Assembly: GCF_964204645.1 (NCBI RefSeq)
Contig: NC_134030.1
Location: 15,066,110 to 15,130,109, forward strand
Source of the DNA: Tubulanus polymorphus
Lineage: Eukaryota > Animalia > Nemertea
Length of the DNA stretch: 64,000 bases
Reading direction: 5' to 3'
Position numbers and translations under genes: made by a program. The notes under the pieces were generated by a model. The model did not search any database, was not told where the DNA came from, and worked only from the letters and a program-made list of their open reading frames with translations. Of the stretch, positions 40,617-53,700 are shown one piece after another (the stretch's first letter is position 1; each line of letters opens with the position of its first letter).

Positions 40617-41996
40617 AATATGTCAAAGTCGAAACTTGGTGAAGCGCACAGCCAGTCTTAAGTTTTAATGAATAAATAGAGGCGAGTGCCTCTACATTGT
40701 AAAAAAAACATAGGTTTTGCGGGGGCATCTGTGCGGTGTGGTCCGTCGCCATAGAAAATCACCCAAAATGTCGAAGATCTATTCGAACGAAGATTCGCCG
40801 TGATCAAATACGGGTATAGAAAAGGAATTCATTTTTGCGAAAAAAAATGCTTTGCCGGAGTGTTGATGACAAATTGAAAGCCTTATTTGTTTTATCTTTC
40901 ATACAACAATAAATCTTTCTGTATCGTCAGATATGTTCTACGAACGGCTTTAACAGTTTTATATGTTTTACACAAGAAATTTGTTCCCAAGTTCTACATT
41001 GTAAAAAATGTAGGTTTTGCTGAAGGAAGGCACCCGTAGGCGTGACCGAAGAAAATCCCCCAAAGTAGACCTTCGAGCGAATAAAGGGACCCGTGATTAA
41101 ATTTTGAAAAATTTATTTTCTGCGAAAAACAACGTGGGAGTTTGGGAATGTTGATTACATATTGAGAGCCTATTGTTTTATCGCTAACTTGAGAATAAAT
41201 TTTTCTGTAGTTAAAAACCGTCAGATTTCTACATTAAATCTCGGCTTCGATTTTATATTTTTTATTTACACTAAAGATTTCTTCCTTAGTATTACAACGG
41301 GTTGCATGGGTACGGAATTAAGGGAACAACGGTATTTTAAATACGGATTTTTACTCGAAACGGACAAGGGGAATATCGTTTGAAAAACGGGAGTAAATAA
41401 CACATAAAGATACGATATGTTAAAAAGCGCACGGCATTTTACTCCCAGGGATTGCCAAATTTTGAGTTAATTATTCAGTACTTGTTTGAAGCGGGGCGGT
41501 CATTTTGTAACACGCGGACCGCGCGCGCGCGTTATTCTCCGGGACTCGACCCTTAGTGATGCTGTGAAACCGGCGCGCTTGTTATTCTAAAAAATTCGAC
41601 CCGTTGCTAAGGGACTGTGCTTTTTGTGGGATTCGAATCCAGTCTTCCAATCGGTTTCTACGGAGAAATACGAACTAAAAATAACATTTTTTGACAATAT
41701 TTTGTGAATATTCTTTGTAAATATTCTGAAAATTACACAAAATCATTTTGTTATCCTCCATTAACGTATTTAAACTACCCGCGCGACGCGGCCCGCAAGT
41801 TTCGACGAAAGTCCGTCCGTGACCGTCATTTTCGTTGCCGCGATTTAGCCAATGCCCATGTGTCCCGGATGTAAACTACACTTTTTGAGAAGGACGGTAT
41901 GGAGAAATATAGAAAATTTGAATTTGCCTCATCATACGCGCGATTAACTTAATGAGCTTCCAGCTCGCGCCTTCGGCGCTCGCTGTGCGCCTATGA
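40617..41996 (-). mobile_element. HINE family C, copy 1
   Basis: Subterminal inverted repeat gcgcacagc / gctgtgcgc; terminal hairpins caaagt-cgaa-acttgg and gcgcc-ttc-ggcgc; internal sub-repeats; interrupts the host left TIR. Confidence 0.7.
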
Positions 41997-42223
41997 AAAC
42001 CCATTCACAACCGTACAAACCACTTTTAAACACTATGCTGAATATTCCAAGAATGAGGTTGACTTCTACAAGACGAAAAAAACTTATTTGAACATTTCAG
42101 ATGTATATAAAATATGATTATGATGATTGCCACTTCTCTTTTGTCAACATGTTACGCATGACTATGGACGACTGTGATATTCTCTGTAGGAGACCGGAGG
42201 TAAGTTCAATTTGATAGCTAGCT

Positions 42224-43644
42224 AATATTTCAAAGTCGAAACTTGGTGAAGCGTACAGCCAGTCTTAATTTTTAATGAATAAATAGAGGCAAGTGCCCTT
42301 CCCAACTCATAATTCTACACTGTAAAAAACATACGTTTTGCGGGGGCACGTGTTCGGCGTGGTCCGTGGCAAAGAAAATCACCCAAAATGTCAAAGATCT
42401 ACGTATTCGAGCGAAAATTCGCCGCGAGCAAATACATGTATAAGGAATTCATTTTGCGAAAAAAAAACATGCTTTGGGAGTGTTGATTACAAATTGAAAA
42501 CCTTGTTTGTTTTATCTTTCATACGACGATAGATCTTGTATGATATTATATATGCACTTATCTGATATGTTTTACGAACGGCTTTAATAGTTTTATATGT
42601 TTTACACAAAAAAATTGTTCCCAAGTTCTACATTGCAAAAAATGTAGGTTTTGCTGAAGGAAGGCACCCGGTGGCGTGACCAAAGAACACCCAAAATATG
42701 ATAGATCTTCGAGCGAATTAAGGGACCCATGATTAAAAAAGAAAAAAATCATTTTCTGCGAAAAACAACGTGGATGTTTGGGAACGTTGATTACATATTG
42801 AGAGCCTATTGTTTTATCGATTACACGAGAATAGATTTTTCTGTAGTTTAAAAACGTCAGTTTTCTACATTAAATCTCATGGCTTCAATAGTTTTATATG
42901 TTTTACACTGATGATTTCTTCCTTAGTATTACAACGGGTTGCATGGGTACGGAATTAATGGAACAACGGTATTTAAATACGGATTATAGCGTATACGAAT
43001 TTTACTCGAAACGGAAAAGGGGAATAACGTTTGAAAAACGGGAGTAAAAGACACATAAAGATAAGATATGTTAAAAAATCGAGGCATTTTACTCCCAGGG
43101 AGTGGCAAAATTTTGAGTTAATTATTTGGTACTTGTGTGGGGCGGGTCGGTCATTTTGTAACACGCGGACCGCACGCGCGCTTTATTCTCCGGGACTCGA
43201 CCCTTAGTGATGCTGTGAAACCGGCGCGCTTGTTATTCTAAAAAATTCGACCCGTTGCTAAGGGACTGTGCTTTTCGTGGGATTGGAATCCAGTCTTGCA
43301 ATCGGTTTCTACGGAGGAATACGAACTAAAAATAATATTTTTTGACATTATTTTGTGAATATTCTTTGTAAATATTCTGAAAATTACACGAAATCATTTT
43401 TTTATCCTTCATTCACGTATTTAAACTACCCGCGCGACGCGGCCCGCAAGTTTCGACGAAAGTCCGTCCGTGACCGTCATTTTCGTCGCCACGATTTAGC
43501 CAATGCCCATGTGTCCCGGATGTAAACTACACTTTTTGAGAAGGACGGTATGGAGAAATATAGAAAATTTGAATTTGCCTCATACGCGCGATTAACTTAA
43601 GGAGCTTCCAGCTCGCGCCTTCGGCGCTCGCTGTGCGCTTATAA
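42224..43644 (-). mobile_element. HINE family C, copy 2
   Basis: Same termini and body as copy 1, with different flanks. Confidence 0.7.
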
Positions 43645-46420
43645 TGATGATGCGGCTTTTGGACAAAAGGGATCTTACTTAATTTCTTTTTAATTAATCG
43701 TGCGCATGGAATGGATTTAACAATTGCGAATAATTTATTTGCTGTGGTGAGAAAATCATGTAAAATGTATCAATTCTTAGTTTTAGACTATCTATAAATG
43801 GAGGAATCGTAGACCAAGTTGCTTAAATGGACATGCAGATACCGAGAAAAGACTTTTTATAGCAGTGATTATATTTCACGCAATCATATGCCACCAGTTA
43901 ACTTCAACTGTGAAATTTGTAGCAGGATAGCTAAACGACACAATTTTAAAACAGAAAATAAAACGAACGCTATTTCAGTAATAACTTGATTCAACCAGAG
44001 AAAAATAACTCAACAGCTGATGTACAGTAGACCCTGCTTTACTTGTTTTTCCTGGGACCAAATTCGTAGTCTTTAAAAGCTAAGCGATATTCCGAGGTAA
44101 CCAAGGGGATTTCAATAGAATACGAAGCAATGGAACCAGAATTCAAGCCCAAGCTAAGCGAATCTGTGGCTTTAACGCTTGATTTTGATACAAAAACAAA
44201 GGTGACGAGTAATGACGTGAAAGTGAAACAAACAACAATTAACGCATTAGACACAGAGCTATTACATGTAAACATTTAAACATTAAAGGAACATAGAATA
44301 TAGATGAAATGTATACAACAATTATAATTGACATTTAGTGTTGTTAAATACTCTCGCGGAATGTATAATGTATATTTCAAGCTGTTAATTAATATAGTTA
44401 AGATAAACGTTCAATTATTGGATCTTTCTTGTTGACGTTTAATTTTGAGAGTTTGGAGTTCCAGTTTATCCACAATGTGCAGTGTCTAGCCTTCATCTAC
44501 ACTAAAGCCAAGTCTGTGTATGGGAAAATGTTGTTCGACTCTTATAGGCCTGACAAATCGAGGTATGAATGCAGATGGTAGTCTCAGCAAGTTGAGAAAG
44601 TAAACCAAGTTTTGACCTCTACCCGGGGACGACCCTTTAAGGCTCCTCCTTGTAGAAAATGTAGAACTATGAAACCCAATCGAAGCTATGCTAAATACAA
44701 TGACAGTTGAACTATTATTAGCGAATTTCAATGACACCGAAAATAACGTTGGCTTGTACGGCTGTGATAAAGTTTTGTAAGGCTTTCATACTCCACACAT
44801 ACTGTTTATGCATGTCTCTACAACCAAAAATTAGGTAGAGAAAATGTTCAGGACTCGGTAGCGGTCCCGGTCCGGAAAAAAATTCAAAACGTCTATTGTC
44901 GGTTCCTAGCATGATTTCAGCGTTTTTTTTTCGGGAATTCCCAGAAATTTCAGTGTTTTTCGGGAATTCCCTGAAATTTCAGCGTTTTATTTTCAGTGTT
45001 TCAGTGTTTCAGCTTTTTCAGCGAAGTTCAGGAACCGACTAAGGAGAGCAGGCTTAACATTAAAACCTGGTAAGTGTTTCTTTGCGAGACAAAACTGTAA
45101 ATTTCTTGGGTTTATTTTAGATAAGGAATGAATTAAAACAGATCCAGATAAAGTAAAAGTAATTGAAAATTGCCCAGTAGCTGAAAATCAAACGCAAGAG
45201 AGGACTTTTCTTGGGCGGATAATTTCCATAGAAAATTTGTTCGAAATTTTTCTGCACGGGCCAGGACTCTTACAGAAAAGGATGTACCGTTTAATTCAAA
45301 TAAAGAATGTTAGGAGGCTTTTGATGATATTAAGAAACCGTTATAGTCAGCCAGCCAATCATGGAAAATTCGACGATCACGGCATTTTTTGTTACAGCTT
45401 GGCATCTGGGCTCATTTGATAGCAGAGTATGTGGGCTATCATGTGTGGTGGATGCCTTTTACAATTTTTTCGTTTTTTGGCCTACAGGGGGCGTTAAAGT
45501 CAGACATTTTGAAATTAAAACATCTTCATTTTCATTCGTCAAGGAAATACACTTTAAACTACTTTTGCTAAATAATTCGAATATCTCATCTTGGGTTTGG
45601 AGTAATTTTACAATCTAAACCTTTTCTGAGTTGGGGGATTGCAGCGCATATAGCGCAACGTTAATTTTATGCATACATTCATTTGTAACCTAGTTACAGC
45701 AGCAACAATCGTGTAATATTCACTTGAAAATAGCAATTTCATATGAAATATTCATTTTAAAGGTTATTAGCTCAAATAGTGATGTTGTTAATGTTTTTTG
45801 TTGATTATTTTGATATTTCTTTAAACTTACTTATAACTCGTATGTACTTGGTCAATATCGGGATTAACTGTTTATTGGTTTCTATGGTAACAGCAATTCA
45901 AATCTGCGTTCTTCATCCGTCAGGTACCGGTATTTTGGGCGTTGGGTCTTTTGTGACATTCCAAATGTTCTCAAACTTGCCTAAAGTCTTCGGCCATGTA
46001 TTGGGCCGCTTATTACTACGTCTTGCTAACAATTGAATTGCAACAATGGTAACCATTGTTGCAATTGCAGAAAAATCGCGTAATTTGTCCACATTCTTGA
46101 CGTAACCAATGGATTAATTGAGGATGTGTTTATCTAAAACCATATCTAATCTTTTTTCTTTAAAATTTTAAAATCATTCCAATTCGTTCACGAGTAAATT
46201 ATAACTAAACGTTGTCACCATGGAAACCATAAATTATATGCATTTATTTGAAAAAATTCTTTTTTTCCCATAAAATTTTCTCCCATATCTTTTGAACCCG
46301 TTCACCGAATTTGTCGAATGAAAGCTCATTTTTGAGGCAATTCCTTGAATTTTCCTTACTTCTAGGGGATGATACTAGTTAATCTTTAGTTAAACTAATA
46401 TTCCCTTAACTGCAATTTAC

Positions 46421-47576
46421 TTTTTAGCCCACTTGGGACTTAAGTCCCAGCGGGCTATTGCGTTCACTTTTCGTGACTACTTTCCAGCCCAAAAACTGGC
46501 CCTGTCAGAATCAAGATGGCCGACTGTCAGCCATTGTTGTTCGCTAAAATCAACACTTTTTACACATTTTTGAACTTTTTGAGGGAAATTTTGAAGACGC
46601 TTTGATCAATTACCTTGATCTTTCGGATGTATGTGAATACCCCCCAGGGCCCATCAGCATAACAAAAATTGGGTCGATCGGACTCAAGATGACCGTCCTA
46701 TGACCTTTTTAGTGCCCAAAAATGTCAATTTTGGCCCGAATTCTGAGTGCTGTAGCTCCCTACTGGTTTGCCATTTCTCATTGCAATTTGTGATGGGTAT
46801 TCTTTGAAAAGGGATGTTTTATACCTGAGACAGGTATTTTTTGATCAGCCAATTATGACGCAATTGGCGGCCATTTTGGTGTCATCAGTACTCATTCGTA
46901 GGTGGGAAAAGTTTTTCCACATTATATTGATACCTAAGTGTATTTTGTTACCACAATCAATTAGTAACTTGTAGCTCATAACGTGTTCCATGATTGTGGT
47001 GAGTTTCAAGGTCATTGGTTCTTGTATATAGCCACCAGGGGGCGTTGAATAATACAATATCTTAGTATTTCTACATTATATTTGTATCAATGCATATTTT
47101 GTAACCACAATCAATTGCAAAGTTGTAGCTCATGACATCATCTATGATTGTCGCAAGTTTTAAGGCCATTATTTATTCTGTATGGTCACCAGGGGGCGTT
47201 GAATAGTAGAATAACTTAGTATCTCATTATCTTGGTACCTAGGCATATTTTGTTACCATGATCAATTACAAAGTTATAGTTCGTGACATGTTCTATGATT
47301 GTGGTGAGTTTCAAGGTCATTGGGTTTTGAATACGGTCACCAGGGGGCGTTGAATAGTAGAATAACTTAGTATTTCCATATTAAATTGGGAACGAGGCAT
47401 ATTTTGTTATCACAATCAATTACAAAATCGTAGCTGCTGACATGTTTTATGATTGTATTGAGTTTCAAGGTCATTGGTTTTTGCATATGGTCACCAGGGG
47501 GAATATTGAAATTGCAGATTGTTGAGCATTTGGAACCACTTCCCTAGTGGGCATGGTGTCCCTGGACCCCTAGTTT
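46421..47576 (+). mobile_element. HINE family B, complete, with an about 152-bp tandem array
   Basis: 5' tttttagcccac-ttgggacttaagtcccag-cgggcta palindrome; 3' gtgggc + gtcc-ct-ggac hairpin + tagttt; accaggggg units near 47035, 47190, 47340 and 47495. Confidence 0.78.
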
Positions 47577-47934
47577 ATCATTATCTAGGCAGTTTTCGTG
47601 GCAACAGCCAGATTCTTTCTGCATTTACAGTTGGCGCGGCTGCAATCAGTCTTGCATTTACAAGAAACCAATTCAGGACATGCTGAACATGCATTTTTGC
47701 TTGATAGTTTACACGGGCTATATGACGTTGTAATGCATCTTTCTACTTTTTTATTGATAGGGACTCAAAGTGCCCTTTCTTGCTTTTATGGAACTAGGAA
47801 CGACTGAATGTACCATTTTGTTGAAAATTATCTACCTCGTCTTGTAAAAATACTTTAGCCCGAAATTTTCCATACTGCCAAATTGCATTATAATATTCTT
47901 ATAAAGCATTCCAAGAGGCAGTACTACAATACCA

Positions 47935-48480
47935 GGATTAGTGATGCAGGGTTCGGATGGAAAAGCTATGCAGAAAGTGTTTGATGAACTTCTTCTGAAA
48001 GATGTTAGTAGAAAGCTGCCAGATAGTGATGATTGGGAAGAACGTGCAAATAGATTTGCAACTTTCTTTGCTGACAAAATTGAGAGGATTAGATATCTTT
48101 CCCAGACTCGTGTTTGGGTCCTGAAACGATGCATTTTGGAGATTGTGAGCTAGCGGAATTTGAGCCAGTCTTGGAGGAAGAGCTTATATCAATAATAGGG
48201 AAATCGCCAAGTAAGTCATGTGAGCTTGATGCTTTGCCTACTTGGATGCTGAAAGCCATCCTACCTGCCATCATTCCTCTCTATTTGGACATTATTAACA
48301 GATCGTTGTTGGAAGGATACGTTCCCGTGTCTATGAAGACTGCGTTGATAACCCCGCTCATTAAAAAACAGAGCTCAAAAACTACCGTCCAGTCAGTAAC
48401 CTCCCGTTTATCTCCAAGGTACTGGAGCGTGATGACGCTGCTCGAATAACCGCTTATATGGATGCTAACAATTTACATGA
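47935..48480 (+). pseudogene. L2-clade LINE ORF2 fragment
   Basis: ANRFATFFADKIERIR, SKSCELDALPTWMLK, IINRSLLEGYVP, NYRPVSNLPFISKVLER. Confidence 0.82.
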
Positions 48481-50798
48481 TATTCGAAAGACAATCATTT
48501 TCACTGAACAGCATATATCCTGACAAAAATCATTCAAGACACTCCAACGTTAGGATCATTAATGTCATGCCCTAGAAGTAAGGAAAATTCAAGGAATTGC
48601 CTCAAAAATGAGCTTTCATTCGACAAATTCGGTGAAAGGGTTCAAAAGATATGGGAGAAAATCTTATGGGAAAAAAAGAATTTTTTCAAATAAATGCATA
48701 TAATTTATGGTTACCATGGTGACGACGTTTAGTTATAATTTACTCGTGAACGAATATGGAATGATTTTAAAATTTTAAAGAAAAAAGATTAGATATGGTT
48801 TTAGATAAACACATCCTCAATTAATCCATTGGTTACGTCAAGAATGTGGACAAATTACGCGATTTTTCTGCAATTGCAACAATGGTTACCATTGTTGCAA
48901 TTCAATTGTTAGCAAGACGTAGTAATAAGCGGCCCAATACATGGCCGAAGACTTTAGGCAAGTTTGAGAACATTTGGAATGTCACAAAAGACCCAACGCC
49001 CAAAATACCGGTACCTGACGGATGAAGAACGCAGATTTGAATTGCTGTTACCATAGAAACCAATAAACAGTTAATCCCGATATTGACCAAGTACATACGA
49101 GTTATAAGTAAGTTTAAAGAAATATCAAAATAATCAACAAAAAACATTAACAACATCACTATTTGAGCTAATAACCTTTAAAATGAATATTTCATATGAA
49201 ATTGCTATTTTCAAGTGAATATTACACGATTGTTGCTGCTGTAACTAGGTAACAAATGAATGTATGCGTAAAATTAACGTTGCGCTATATGCGCTGCAAT
49301 CCCCCAACTCAGAAAAGGTTTAGATTGTAAAATTACTCCAAACCCAAGATGAGATATTCGAATTATATTTCCTTGACGAATGAAAATGAAGATGTTTTAA
49401 TTTCAAAATGTCTGACTTTAACGCCCCCTGTAGGCCAAAAAACGAAAAAATTGTAAAAGGCATCCACCACACATGATAGCCCACATACTCTGCTATCAAA
49501 TGAGCCCAGATGCCAAGCTGTAACAAAAAATGCCGTGATCGTCGAATTTTAGGATAGTTTTTTAAGGTTGGCTGGCTGACTATTAGTAACAGCTCCGGTA
49601 TTGGCGTTTCTTTCGTTAAAAGATGAGTTTATAGTGCATTGCGATGCTTCTAATAATGCTGTCGGGTATTGATTGTTGCAAACAGGTGCTGATGGGAAAG
49701 AACATGTAATAGCATACAAGGGTCGATCATTAACAAAACAGTAACAAGGTTATTCAGCTAGTGAAAGAGAATGTTTGGCTCTTATTTCAGAAATTAAGAA
49801 TTTTAAAGTATATCTATACGGAAAGCCATTTTCAGTGGTAACAGATCATAAGGCTCTTCTTTGATTGAGAAAAATGGAAGTTGATGGGTTGGCCACGGGA
49901 CGATTACAGCGATGGAGTATCTTACTACAGGGTATCAACTTTCTTGAAAATACAGGCCTGGAAAACAGCATTTAGATGCCGACTTCTTATCGCGAATTCA
50001 CTATCCGCAGATAGAGTCGTTGCAAGAAAATAATGCTAAGTTAAAAATACCTGACGTGTTGGATTTGGCAACTGAACAACGAAGCGATGAGACGCTAAAA
50101 AGTATCATCTCAGGCGGAGTCAGGCGAATTGTCACGGGATGATGCGCAGGCACGAAAAACATTATTGGTAAAAGATCGAAATTTTTTGGATAATAGTGAA
50201 ATACTTCATAACCTCTCATATCTAAATAGGCGAAAATCGGGTTATGTAAGATCGTGTTTTGTTATCCCTAGGCAACTTCGCTATCAAATTTTGCAGGAAA
50301 CCCATAATGTTTTTGGTGGACACTCAGCGGTTTCTTCAAAACGCAGAAATGCAGAAAATGTGTGTTAATTTTAAGAACAATAAAGCTAAATTGAGATTTA
50401 CTTTATCCAGCTCAGTAATCATTTCCGTTATACTGTGATGATGAAAATACGCAGAAAACATAGCCAAATTCACGATCGTAATGAGCCACGATGCATGATT
50501 TACAATTAAATTTTTAGAAAAAACTGAGATTGATGATTCTGCTTTTAAAGAATTCATTCAAAACCGTGCCGACAACGGTTTTGAAAAAAATGTAGATTGC
50601 CCACAATCATATCAGAACTCATAAAAAATAAAAATAAATTCTGACACGCTCGAATTTATTTTTATGTTTTACTCACTCAACCTTTCAACATTTGATTTGA
50701 AACAACTTTTATCTAATTACTCTAATATTTATATCTGTGATATTTATATAAATGAGTATTATATAATGTACTCAATTTTAATAAAAATTTTATATCAA

Positions 50799-53700
50799 AT
50801 GGAGAGTAAACAAGTACATAGTGACAACAATAAATCATTCTTAGATAGAATTAAAGTTACTAGCAATGCTAAATTAGTAGATTATAAATTTAAGAAGTTA
50901 ATAGAATTAACAATTCATAAGAAATATTTAATTAATTGACTAATATTGAAACAACTACTAATAAATATGGTAATAAATTAATAATTCACCTAGAATATGA
51001 AGGATTGAAAGGCAATTTAAAAAAATTCAGAACACATTTAACAGATAGATTTCATAGATTATCTAGTGAAGATATAGAAGAATAATGTCCCGGTGATTTC
51101 TACATGTAGATGATAGATTAGATAAATGTTATAATGAAATAAAAAATAAGATAGAAGAGAGATATTTTGAAGGATCTGGTTAGATGAAAATAATTTATCA
51201 TATTATAAAGAACCAGATATTGAAGCATCGAGTTATATTAAACTACCATTTAAAACTAATGCTGTTATAAATGTACAACATTTTGATGATTAATGTTTTC
51301 TATGGACAATTATAAGTTGTTTACTGCAACTGATAATATTTGTAGAGTATCAAATTATGAACAATTTGAAAATAATTATAAGATAGACAATTATCCTGTT
51401 AAAATTAAACAAATACGAAAAATAGAAAGAGATAATAATTTAAAAATAAATGTATTTGATTTAATTAAATTACCGAATACAAAAGGTGATAATATAAAAC
51501 ATTATACATTGGAACCTCTATACCTATCAAAAGATTACGATTCAAATGAAGTTCAAGATATATTATATTATGAAAATCATTATATCTGAATTAAACGAAT
51601 TAATTTATTATTCAAATCAGAAAATGATTTTAATTATAAAATATAGCTGCCAAGCAGCGATGACGGGTTTTCTGCAAAGCCATTCAGAATGATGGGAATT
51701 GTAGTAAATTTAAATATCGATACATAGAATAAAATGCATTGACAGATTCGAACCTAATATGCTGTGTAAACGTCAAATATGATTCAGCTTTGAAACCGAA
51801 CATACGCGGACGTACAAACACAAATATTAATTTATTTGACCAGGCATTTATTTTGGCATTCAAACATCATGATACTGTATTATCACCATCCTTAAAAATG
51901 GATCTGTCCTATTAAGAACTCATCTTAAGCACCTGCTGAGTCGATAGATTGAGTGAATTTACAGATAAGAACGTACTATGATTTAGAATAGATTTAAGAA
52001 GTTAATGTTTTTATTGAAATATTTGAATAAATACATATATTGTAGTGTAGATTCAATCAATAAATTATGAATTGATCTGGTCTGGGTTTCCGGCTGATGT
52101 TGATTTTGGCTTTTATGGATTATAAATTCTATAGTAATAAACAATTGATACCTGCAACATGTGTGTAAATCAAACCTATTCCACTAGTTGCGTGTGTTTT
52201 TTAATAAACAGGAGAGTCACTCTTGATCCGAGTTATTAGAAAAATAATGTTCATTTAGTTATAGAAATTCATTGCCTTTTTGGAAATTCTGTAATAATAT
52301 TTGTTCTGTCCTAATTTTTATTACTGTATGAACCAATGATATGCTTTGTAAATATGATGTAATAAGATAAATTTGAATTTGAATTAAATTTGAACATGAG
52401 AATCAAGCATAACTTCTGTTTTTTCAACTTGTCTTTTGTTAACAGTTCCAGAGTTTCAATTACAATCAAATCCAAATTGGCTAAAAGGTACATAGGACTA
52501 AATGAAATGAACCGTTAGTTACTGCAAACCTATTCCAGTGTTATGTCGATCGTGTTGAATCACTTTCCTTGAGTTGAAAGAATCAGATCTTCTATGGTGC
52601 AACATCGGTCGAAGAGAGATATCTTGGTGTTGACTGTCCTTGACCATCTAACTTCATGCGTTTGACATTGGAATCAGCATCATACCCATTTGAACTGCAA
52701 AATATTCATACAACATGAAAACCTACAGTACATGTATACAGTAATCAAACTTTCACCGATGTTGGATATTTGAATGAACGTTGGGCTTATTTCAGTATTT
52801 TAAAGCAGGAAATAATAAGCCCAATAAATAGGCCCTATTCCCATTGGAACAATTGTATAATGCGTACAGCAGCACTTATCAGTCAAGTATGGAGAAATCG
52901 GTACACCAAACCTACGAACAGCAAAATGTACAGGCCTACAATGATATCAGGTATACAAGCCGTGACCACATGAACGTTTTGGTTTGACTATTAATGTCAG
53001 CAGGTCAGAGAAAGCCTGGCCAAATTTAATCACATGGCTCCAATCAATTAGCCTTTCTGCGTGTGAATACTTCACTGTATTGTTTTAAAAATAGGCCTAT
53101 CGAGTGAATTAGTACAAAGACTGAATTAGACTTTAGGCTAGTCCTGACCAAATCCTATCCATGTTATAATTGCACGTTATAGTAACATCACTGTAGGGCC
53201 GACGAGAGGGAAAAAGTTGTGCTTGTAGTACATAGGCATGGTAGGCTTGTCCTACCCACTTAATACTTAAAATGCTCTTGTTACCTGTACGTGACTGGTC
53301 GGTGATTTCTACAGGTTAGCCGTATGTGAGTACGTTGACGCTCAGACTTGCAATATTGGGATTCGAAACCAAACGAAAAAAAATCAAGTTGTAGTCCAGT
53401 GATTTACCCACCACGGTGCCACAGAACGTAACTGCAGGGTGGATGAAATTTGATTTACAAATAGCCTAGCCTCACCTAACCCAAACTCTATTCTTTCACG
53501 CATGCGCGTTTGCAGATTATAGGAACTCACGTACGGCGTTTTTAGGGAACTCACGCACGGCGTTTTTAGGGAACTCACGTACGGTTAACCTGTGGATATC
53601 ACCGTACAGTCACGTACGCGTAACAACTTCGTACTTAAAAAATGGTATTGGCTACTATATAATAGGCCTATAGACAAATAAATACCGGTGGCGGTAGGTA

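Larger units (their letters stand above)
40395..45037. mobile_element. Mutator-like non-autonomous transposon with long imperfect TIRs and a 9-bp TSD
   Basis: cggttcctgaacttcgctga...tcagcgaagttcaggaaccg; TSD actaaggag at 40386-40394 and 45038-45046; TIR similarity exceeds 220 bp. Confidence 0.9.
45344..49582. mobile_element. Academ-like non-autonomous transposon with about 1-kb TIRs
   Basis: Ends tagtcagccagccaa / ttggctggctgacta; TTA TSD (45341-45343, 49583-49585); arms 45344-46367 and 48570-49582 nearly identical; removal restores pol PL-VTAPVLAF. Confidence 0.82.
36307..50324 (+). mobile_element. Gypsy/Ty3 LTR retrotransposon, decayed, 3'-truncated in the integrase, with three nested insertions
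   Basis: Order gag-PR-RT-RH-IN; the reading is restored when 37961-39226, 40395-45046 and 45344-49585 are removed. Confidence 0.9.
37700..50324 (+). pseudogene. pol: Gypsy pol in four pieces (about 37700-37960, 39227-40394, 45047-45343, 49586-50324)
   Basis: LVDTGA; CILGLDF; WSSPPLLVPKPEGSYRLVIDFRRLN; LDLMSGY; YLDDI; LKPGKC; CDASN; ERECLA; TDHKAL; ADFLSR; QETHNVFGGH. Confidence 0.88.

Noticed and set aside
45389-49526. Identical 85-aa (and similar 60/68-aa) ORFs on opposite strands
   Set aside because: A by-product of the 1-kb inverted arms; no protein motifs.
50325-50650. hAT-like end (cagcggtttc...) where the Gypsy integrase breaks off
   Set aside because: No matching second end or TSD was found, so it is left unannotated.
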